This document shows positions 37,428 to 43,299 of a stretch of DNA of 55,796 nucleotides, piece after piece. The notes beneath the pieces were generated by a model. It did no database searches. It saw nothing but the letters and a program-made list of their open reading frames with translations, and was not told the origin of the DNA. The position numbers and the translations under genes were made by a program. This DNA is from SAR202 cluster bacterium. Its GTDB lineage: Bacteria > Chloroflexota > Dehalococcoidia > Lucifugimonadales > UBA3495. Position 1 is the stretch's first letter. Each line of letters opens with the position of its first letter. The stretch lies in NCBI GenBank assembly GCA_009392095.1, contig VFHF01000182.1:1-55796 (forward strand), written 5' to 3'.

Positions 37428-37814
37428 ATGAGTCAGATCAAGGTTATCCATCCCGAAGGCCTGGAAGTGGAGATTCAATCAGGGGCCATGACGCGCCTGG
37501 CGGGTGTGTCCGAGAAGCTGACCGGTTCCACCGGCATCCACCTAGCCGTGGCAACCATCCCGCCCCACTGTGCCTCCAGCCCCCACTACCATGTGAATTG
37601 CGAGTCGGCCATCTACGTGGTCAAAGGCCACGGCCGTTTCGTGGTCGGCGACAATCTAGAGACCGAATTGGCTATCGGGCCCGGCGATTTTATCTACGTG
37701 CCGGCGGAGGCCGCCCACCAACCGATCAACGACGGCTCCGAGGACATGGAGATAATCGTCGCCCGTAACACGCCGGTGGAAATCGTGGTGGAAGTGGAGC
37801 CGTCTAAGGCGTAA
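37428..37814 (+). CDS. cupin domain protein
   Basis: 128 aa. Cupin motifs SPHYHVNCESAIYVVKG and YVPAEAAHQPIN. Confidence 0.7.
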   Translation: MSQIKVIHPEGLEVEIQSGAMTRLAGVSEKLTGSTGIHLAVATIPPHCASSPHYHVNCESAIYVVKGHGRFVVGDNLETELAIGPGDFIYVPAEAAHQPINDGSEDMEIIVARNTPVEIVVEVEPSKA

Positions 37815-37850
37815 CGGTTGTGACCGGCGTTATGGGCTGCTCTCCGCTCG

Positions 37851-37906
37851 TCCTGAGCCCGTCGAAGAACCCTGGCATTATTGAACCATGGTTCGACAGG
37901 CTCACC
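37851..37906. repeat. imperfect long hairpin repeat (CCTGAGCCCGTCGAAGAACC ... GGTTCGACAGGCTCACC)
   Basis: 14 pairable bases with a 3-nt bulge and one mismatch around an 18-nt loop, in the 262-nt spacer before the acyl-CoA dehydrogenase gene. Confidence 0.45.
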
Positions 37907-38076
37907 ATCAGTGGGGAGGCCTGGCTTACGATGAGCGGGTAGGACAGGTTCGTTATGATGGAACAAGCAAGCAGTCGGAGAATGACGTTGCTGAGACCAT
38001 GCCACTACCCACCCATCAGGCGATGAGATATACTGTCCGCGCTTAATCTGACTAGCAGTAAATTCGGAGGAATAGC

Positions 38077-39213
38077 ATGGACCTGGGTCTAACCGAGATA
38101 CAGCAGATGCTGAAAACCAGCGCCCAGGATTTCCTGGCTCGTGAGTGCCCTCTAACCCTGGTGAGAGAGATGGAAGAAGACTCGCGGGGATTCACCGAGG
38201 AACTGTGGCGTCAGATGGTCGGACTTGGTTGGACCGGGGTTGCTTTCCCCGAGCAATACGGCGGCACTGGCGGCAACTTTGCCGATCTGGGAGTGCTGCT
38301 GGAAGAGATAGGCCGTTCGTTGGCTCCCTCGCCCTTCTTCTCCACGGTGGTGTTGGGCGGAATGACCGTGCTTGACGGCGGCTCGGACGCTCAGAAAGAC
38401 GAACTGATCAGTCGTATCTGCGCTGGAACGATCATCATGACCATGGCCGTTACCGAGGCGGGAGCAGCTTACGAGCCCTGGGACATCCAGGCCATAGCCA
38501 GCCAGCAAGGCGGCGGATACGAGATTACCGGGACCAAGCTGTTCGTAGCTGACGCGGCGGCCGCGGACGTTATTTTAGTGGCTGCACGCACATCGTCGGG
38601 CTCAGACCCCGCTGATGGAATCTCACTGTTTTTAGTGCCTGCCGGAACTGCCGGACTCACCACCACTCCCATGCAATCCGTGGGCAACGAACGTGTTTTT
38701 GAGGTTAGCCTGGACAAGGTTAATGTGTCTGCCGACTCCGCGATCGGAGCCGTCGGAGAGGCTTGGCCAATAATCGATCGCGCAATCATGCGGGCCACGG
38801 CGGCCCAGTGCATCGAAATGCTAGGCGGGTCCGAAGCTGTGTTAGACATGACCGTCGAGTACGCCAAGGGTCGCACCCAGTTCGGTCGGGCCATCGGCAC
38901 CTTCCAGGCCGTGCAACACCACTGCGCTCGTATGGCCACCGATGTGGAAGGTTCCAAAAACATCGCGTATCAGGCCGTGTGGCGGCTGTCAGAAGGTTTG
39001 CCAGCCCAAAAGGAAGTAGCCATGGCCAAGGCTTGGATCGGCCCGGCATACCGCCGGGTGTGCGGCACGGCCCACCAGTGCCACGGCGCCATCGGCTTTA
39101 CCAAGGAACACGACCTGCAGTTGTACACACGGAGGGCCAAGGTGCACGAGCTGACTTACGGCGACGCAAACCACCACAAAGAGATCGTCCTGCAACACCT
39201 AAACGACGAATAG
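38077..39213 (+). CDS. acyl-CoA dehydrogenase
   Basis: 378 aa with ACAD N/M/C architecture (FPEQYGG, GTKLFV, RTQFGRAIGTFQAVQH). Confidence 0.85.
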   Translation: MDLGLTEIQQMLKTSAQDFLARECPLTLVREMEEDSRGFTEELWRQMVGLGWTGVAFPEQYGGTGGNFADLGVLLEEIGRSLAPSPFFSTVVLGGMTVLDGGSDAQKDELISRICAGTIIMTMAVTEAGAAYEPWDIQAIASQQGGGYEITGTKLFVADAAAADVILVAARTSSGSDPADGISLFLVPAGTAGLTTTPMQSVGNERVFEVSLDKVNVSADSAIGAVGEAWPIIDRAIMRATAAQCIEMLGGSEAVLDMTVEYAKGRTQFGRAIGTFQAVQHHCARMATDVEGSKNIAYQAVWRLSEGLPAQKEVAMAKAWIGPAYRRVCGTAHQCHGAIGFTKEHDLQLYTRRAKVHELTYGDANHHKEIVLQHLNDE

Positions 39214-39253
39214 CCTTAACCTAATTCACCAACGCCACGGAGGCGAACACGGC

Positions 39254-39601
39254 ATGACCACCACTGAATGTATCTTTTGCAATATGGCCCAAGACCCAAT
39301 GCACGCTGCCCCGGTTTACCGGGACGACCGGGTCTTCGCCATCAAGGACATCAATCCTAAAGCCCCTGTGCATATGTTAATCATCCCCAACATGCACATC
39401 GCCTCCCTGGCCTACGTCGGGCCCGGACAGGTGCCGATCATGGGACACATGTTCGTGGTGGCCGAAGAGATCGCCCGCCGTGAGGGTGTTACTCTCAGCG
39501 GCTACCGGTTGGTGCTCAACCAGGGCGAAGACTCAGGCCAGGAAATTGTCCACCCACACATGCATCTCCTTGGTGGCAAGAAATTGGGAGCCATGGGGTA
39601 G
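39254..39601 (+). CDS. HIT family protein
   Basis: 115 aa. CIFC N-terminus and histidine triad HPHMHLLGG. Confidence 0.85.
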   Translation: MTTTECIFCNMAQDPMHAAPVYRDDRVFAIKDINPKAPVHMLIIPNMHIASLAYVGPGQVPIMGHMFVVAEEIARREGVTLSGYRLVLNQGEDSGQEIVHPHMHLLGGKKLGAMG

Positions 39602-39624
39602 GGCATATCACCTGGGATTCTTAA

Positions 39625-40203
39625 ATGCCCGAGTTGCTCCAACGCCTCCAGTACCGCCTGAAGTCTCTCCCCGACGGTCTGCAGGCCCACATCTACCGCG
39701 TGCGCGACGTAGCCCAAGAACTGGCCGCCTGCCATCAAGTCGACCCTAAGCGCGCTGAGCTTGGCGCTCTGGCACATGATGTCTGCCGCGCTGTGCCTGG
39801 CGATGACCTCCTTAAGATGTCCGCTGACCTGGGCGTAACCGTGACTGACGTAGACCGCGACTTCCCGCTTTTGCTCCACGGACCTGTGGGAGCTGAACTG
39901 CTGCGACAGGAGGAAGGCCTCAACGATCTCGGCCTATATCAAGCCGTGCGTTGGCATTCAACTGCTCACGCTTCGTTAGACGACTTAGGTAAGCTGGTTT
40001 TTCTGGCCGATAAATTGGACCCGCAGAAGTCGGCCGTCTACTCCTACCAGGCCCGGCTGCACGAAACGGCGCAGGAGAGCCTGGACCTGGCGTTGCTTGA
40101 ATTCCTGTCCAGGGAGATGGCAGTCCGCCTAGAGAAAGGGGAAACGGTCCATCCGGCCAGCGTGGATGCCCGTAACAACCTTGTTCTCCGGCTCAAAAGT
40201 TAA
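39625..40203 (+). CDS. yqeK: HD-domain phosphohydrolase, YqeK-like (Ap4A hydrolase family)
   Basis: 192 aa. Motifs HIYRVRDVA..LGALAHDVCR, LLLHGPVGAELL, AVRWHS and FLADKLDP match the YqeK layout. Confidence 0.65.
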   Translation: MPELLQRLQYRLKSLPDGLQAHIYRVRDVAQELAACHQVDPKRAELGALAHDVCRAVPGDDLLKMSADLGVTVTDVDRDFPLLLHGPVGAELLRQEEGLNDLGLYQAVRWHSTAHASLDDLGKLVFLADKLDPQKSAVYSYQARLHETAQESLDLALLEFLSREMAVRLEKGETVHPASVDARNNLVLRLKS

Positions 40204-40331
40204 CCGTCGGGATTGAACCTCAAGAGAAATTGGCGCATCATAGTTTCGGAGCAGTACCTTATCAGCGCATGGTTACTGTTCATTCATTGTTTCAGTGTGC
40301 CGGAGGGGGAAACCGGCTGGAGAGGTAACTG

Positions 40332-40685
40332 ATGGAGATCAATCTGACGCCTGAGGCCGTGGAGCATATCCAGAGCAAGGGCGGCCAAGCGGCCGTGGAC
40401 TTGATTTCCTTCTCATCTTGAGGAGGTAACTCCACTGAGGTATCGGTCGATACCCGAATCTCCCGCCGCGATATCACTCCCTACCGCAAGGTAACGCAGG
40501 ATGGCGTGGAATTGTTTATTCTGCCCAACCTGGCCCAGCACACCACCACCATGAACATCGACAGCAAGAAATTCCTTTTTTTCCGACACCTGAAAGCAGA
40601 CCTGGAATTGGAAAACGGCCTGGTGTTGGGACGTCGTGCTTCCTGGGCTTAACGTTCGACTGTTCCGCTACGGCCGGCCTGTAGG
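40332..40685 (+). CDS. candidate small selenoprotein (HesB/IscA-like layout); UGA-30 read as Sec
   Basis: ATG 40332 lies 6 nt after GGAGAGG. There is an in-frame TGA at 40419-40421 and the frame stays open for 87 more codons to TAG 40683-40685. No alternative start occurs before 40551. A SECIS-like hairpin lies 17 nt downstream of the UGA. Not present in the supplied ORF track. The C-terminal ~20 aa are uncertain. Confidence 0.5.
40439..40454 (+). promoter_or_regulatory. putative bacterial SECIS apical hairpin
   Basis: Perfect 6-bp stem GGUAUC/GAUACC with loop GGUC. The loop G-U lies 27-28 nt after the U of the UGA. A second mini-hairpin, GGAG-GUAA-CUCC (40422-40433), directly follows the UGA. 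Confidence 0.45.
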
Positions 40686-40955
40686 CGACGGTTCCGTAAA
40701 TCATGGCGAAATAGAAATTTCGTTCAGCCCTGACGCCCCAGAGCACGTTCAGAAATGAGGGAACCTGGCCGTTTTTGACCTGCAATGTTTTGATCATTGA
40801 GCCGATTCCGCTGCCGAAATCGCGGTCAGCACATACCTTCTCGGGATACGGTCGAATATTGGGTGCATGTCGGAATGATAGCTGGTGTCGCTTACGTTGC
40901 TGTTCGGCGCTAGTCCTCGGTCTTACCGAATTAGCGGCCAATCCGGCTAGGCCGC

Positions 40956-41777
40956 TTAGCGGGCGTGGTACTCCGGCGCTCTCTTTTCCACGAACGACTG
41001 ACTGGCCTCTTTGAAGTCCTCGGTCAGGTGTAGTTTCAGGGGCAGCATCTGCATGTCGGCTTCGGCCCCGGTCTGGACCCACTGACGGCGTGTTAGCTTC
41101 ACTGCCGCTCGAGTGGCCAACGGTGGTGACTTCAACACCTTCTCCGCTAGCTCTTCGGCGACTCTCACGTGCTCTCCCGTGGGCACCAGGCGGTTGACCA
41201 ATCCAAGCCGGTACAGTTCGGCGGCGTCTATGTGTTCTCCTGTTATCACCATCTCCGAGGCTATCTTGGAGGGCATGAAGGCGTTGACCTTGGCCCAGAT
41301 TCGGCCGCCGGGCAATCCTCTTCTGGTCTCGGTGATGCCGAATTTTGCGTCTTCCGAGGCAACGATCATGTCGGACTCGGCGGCGATGACTATGCCCGCG
41401 CCCAGGGCGTATCCGTGGACCGCTGCGATTACGGGTTTCCAGTTGATCGACCGGCCCATGTAGCCCTCGGGGTTTGGTCCCCGCTCCCGGCGGGCGCTCT
41501 GCTCGGGAGTCATGGCCACGAACCGCTGTTTGATGTCGGCCCCAGCGCAGAAACTCCGTCCTGCGCCGTGGACGATGGCCACCCAGGCTTCGTCGTCCAG
41601 ATCGAACTCTAAGAGCGCTGAGTGCAGGTCTTCTTCGAACTGGTCATTGACCGCGTTCAGCGCCTGGGGTCGGTTGAACATGATGTAGGCGACCTTGCCC
41701 CGCCTTTTGTACATCATCGTTTCATATTCGGTAATCACCTTGGGTTCTTCAGTTGGAGTTTCGGGCACTGAGGCCAC
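40956..41777 (-). CDS. enoyl-CoA hydratase/isomerase (crotonase) family protein
   Basis: 273 aa. Motifs FNRPQALNA, GAGRSFCAGADI and AAVHGYALGAG. Confidence 0.85.
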   Translation of the reverse strand: MASVPETPTEEPKVITEYETMMYKRRGKVAYIMFNRPQALNAVNDQFEEDLHSALLEFDLDDEAWVAIVHGAGRSFCAGADIKQRFVAMTPEQSARRERGPNPEGYMGRSINWKPVIAAVHGYALGAGIVIAAESDMIVASEDAKFGITETRRGLPGGRIWAKVNAFMPSKIASEMVITGEHIDAAELYRLGLVNRLVPTGEHVRVAEELAEKVLKSPPLATRAAVKLTRRQWVQTGAEADMQMLPLKLHLTEDFKEASQSFVEKRAPEYHAR

Positions 41778-41862
41778 CTCCGGGTTTCGTGTGGGGTTTC
41801 CTGAATCTCAGGTGAGTTTGAGCGTGAATACCAAGAAAACAGAAAATCTGTTCGGCAAAGCA

Positions 41863-41892
41863 TTGACATATTCAGAACTAGTGTTCTAAACT
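41863..41892 (+). promoter_or_regulatory. sigma-70-like promoter (TTGACA -35, TAAACT -10, 18-nt spacer)
   Basis: TTGACA at 41863-41868 and TAAACT at 41887-41892, 40 nt upstream of ATG 41932. Confidence 0.4.
41874..41887. promoter_or_regulatory. LexA (Cheo-type) SOS box 1, AGAAC-TAGT-GTTCT
   Basis: Perfect GAAC-N4-GTTC with flanking A/T, located in the promoter spacer and -10 region. Confidence 0.55.
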
Positions 41893-41906
41893 TATTGAGC
41901 AATATT

Positions 41907-41920
41907 AGAACATCTGTTTT
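41907..41920. promoter_or_regulatory. LexA-like SOS box 2, AGAAC-ATCT-GTTTT (one mismatch)
   Basis: Second half-site GTTT instead of GTTC. Lies 19 nt after box 1, just upstream of the GGAG RBS. Confidence 0.4.
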
Positions 41921-41931
41921 GGAGTTACGCC

Positions 41932-42267
41932 ATGACCGCTTTAGACTGGCCTATCACTTCCAGCCCCGTTTTAGACGCCGTGCCTGAATTTTACCATTAC
42001 GAAGATACGGGTTGTGAGGTCTCCGCAGCTTGCCTCGACTGCCCACTGCCCCAGTGTAAGTATGATGATCCAGCCTGGTTCCAGCGCAACCGGCGGTTGG
42101 CACGGGACTTCAAGATCTGGTCGGCCATGCAGCAGGATGGCCTGTCGGTTGAAGAAGCTGCGGAGCGGTTCTCAGTAACAGTGCGGACCATTTTCCGAAT
42201 CATGCGCCGTTGCCGTGACGCCGCCGTCATAGACCAGGAAGAGCTGGCGGTATTTGCCGCGGATTAG
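41932..42267 (+). CDS. small Cys4 + helix-turn-helix protein (hypothetical DNA-binding)
   Basis: 111 aa. C-x5-C-x2-C-x4-C cluster (GCEVSAACLDCPLPQC), then an HTH-like LSVEEAAERFSVTVRTIFRIMRR. Confidence 0.55.
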   Translation: MTALDWPITSSPVLDAVPEFYHYEDTGCEVSAACLDCPLPQCKYDDPAWFQRNRRLARDFKIWSAMQQDGLSVEEAAERFSVTVRTIFRIMRRCRDAAVIDQEELAVFAAD

Positions 42268-42311
42268 TTGGGTCTTTACAAACGTGAGTACTTAGACACG
42301 CTCTCACCGTC

Positions 42312-42331
42312 ATTCCGGCGAAAGCCGGAAT
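42312..42331 (+). repeat. 8-bp stem / GAAA tetraloop hairpin (ATTCCGGC-GAAA-GCCGGAAT)
   Basis: Perfect inverted repeat immediately 5' of the GIY-YIG remnant. A related CCGGATT/AATCCGG stem occurs at 21423-21449. Confidence 0.6.
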
Positions 42332-42333
42332 CC

Positions 42334-42623
42334 ATGGAGACGGCCCTGCGTCTATTTACTCGCAAGCCACCGCAACGGCACTATTTACGTCGGAGTTACT
42401 TCAAATCTCGCTCACCGTGCCTGGCAGCATAAGAACGACTTGGTGGAAGGATTTACCAGACTCTACGGAGTACACACGTTGGTGTGGTACGAAGCCCACG
42501 ATACGATGGAGGCTGACGCAGCGCGGGAAAAGGCGATCAAAGATTGGAAACGGGAGTGGGAAGAAAGCGCTGATTTGGAAGACAAATCCAGGTTGGAGCG
42601 ATCTATATGAAGAATTGGTTTGA
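42334..42623 (+). pseudogene. GIY-YIG nuclease family gene, frameshifted
   Basis: The middle frame reads VYLLASHRNGTIYVGVTSNLAHRAWQHKNDLVEGFTRLYGVHTLVWYEAHDTMEADAAREKAIKDWKREW. The conserved C-terminus KKALIWKTNPGWSDLYEELV is in the next frame, consistent with an extra G in the run at ~42558. The only ATG (42334) is in a third frame. Confidence 0.6.
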
Positions 42624-42660
42624 CTGAATCATGGCCTTCGTATTTCGGTTACGGAATCAG

Positions 42661-43188
42661 CTAGATCGTAAATGTTCCGGTATCAACGAACTCCCCGGAA
42701 ATGAGTTTAGTTAGTGGGATGCCGTTGACGTGGTGCTCAAGCCCCCATAATGTCCCTGCATGGCCGATGATCAAGATACTCTGATCATGATAGTTTGGTG
42801 AAAGATCGTCGATGAAATTCTTCATCCTGTCCATCACCTGTTGCAGGCTCTCGCCATTGGGAAACGGGTTCGAGATCGACTCAGCCCTCACCGCCTTCAT
42901 TTCTGTGCGAGGGCGTTGGGTAAGATCACCATAGTCGCACTCGCGGAGACGAGCGTCCTGGAAAATCGGAATATTCCTGCCTTCGAACATCAGCTTCGCA
43001 GTGTCGTATGCCCGCCGTAGATCGGACGTGAAAATGGTGTCTATACCGAGGTCTTCGTAACGCTGTCTCTTTTCTCCAGCAGCCTGACTACGCCCGCCAT
43101 CTGAAAGATCAACATCATTGTGCCCCGATGCGAGATTTGCCTCGTTGTCCGAAGTTAGCGCATGCCCTTCAAAATATATGGTGATCAA
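42661..43188 (-). CDS. histidine phosphatase (phosphoglycerate mutase-like) family protein, atypical N-terminal motif
   Basis: 175 aa with a TTG start. Second catalytic region IIGHAGTLWGLE is present, but the N-terminal RHG motif reads FEGHA. Confidence 0.6.
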   Translation of the reverse strand: MITIYFEGHALTSDNEANLASGHNDVDLSDGGRSQAAGEKRQRYEDLGIDTIFTSDLRRAYDTAKLMFEGRNIPIFQDARLRECDYGDLTQRPRTEMKAVRAESISNPFPNGESLQQVMDRMKNFIDDLSPNYHDQSILIIGHAGTLWGLEHHVNGIPLTKLISGEFVDTGTFTI

Positions 43189-43299
43189 TCGAACTCTGCG
43201 TCTCTGCTACGTACCTAGCACTCGTCAAAGCCGCGACAACTTAGATGTTGCCTACCGCTCTTTGGGAAACTAGCGTGCGTACCACCACAAGGGTAGCCG

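Noticed and set aside
38024-38034. TGAGATATACT as an extended -10 promoter for the acyl-CoA dehydrogenase gene
   Set aside because: The TG is 3 nt too far from the TATACT hexamer to act as an extended -10, and there is no -35. It was kept out of the feature list.
40419-40421. Genome-wide UGA reassignment (code 4 or 25) as the explanation for the in-frame TGA
   Set aside because: Well-supported genes in this window terminate at TGA, for example 1521-1523, 2543-2545, 33653-33655 and 51546-51548. The organism therefore uses UGA as a stop. Only local recoding (Sec) or a nonsense mutation remains.
40686-40955. Possible selC (tRNA-Sec) or another RNA gene next to the selenoprotein candidate
   Set aside because: I could not fold any tRNA-like cloverleaf with a UCA anticodon there. 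Only a 7-bp hairpin (GCGGCC-containing, 40934-40955) just after the crotonase stop was seen, and it lacks a clean U-tract.
40516-41082. 188-aa minus-strand ORF (and its internal 93-aa version starting at 40797) filling the yqeK-crotonase gap
   Set aside because: Its upstream part overlaps the 3' end of the crotonase gene (40956-41777) in another frame. Its 3' part is antisense to the selenoprotein candidate and reads as junk (..ISCCRCSWWWCAGPGWAE). It has no RBS. The + strand reading with UGA recoding explains the region better. The 40686-40955 remainder stays unexplained.
41778-43188. Integrated mobile element or prophage remnant (SOS-boxed HTH gene + GIY-YIG + hairpin)
   Set aside because: No integrase, transposase, att-like direct repeats or phage structural genes are present. 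The tRNA-Ser lies 13 kb away and is not adjacent. Only a decayed selfish nuclease gene is supported.
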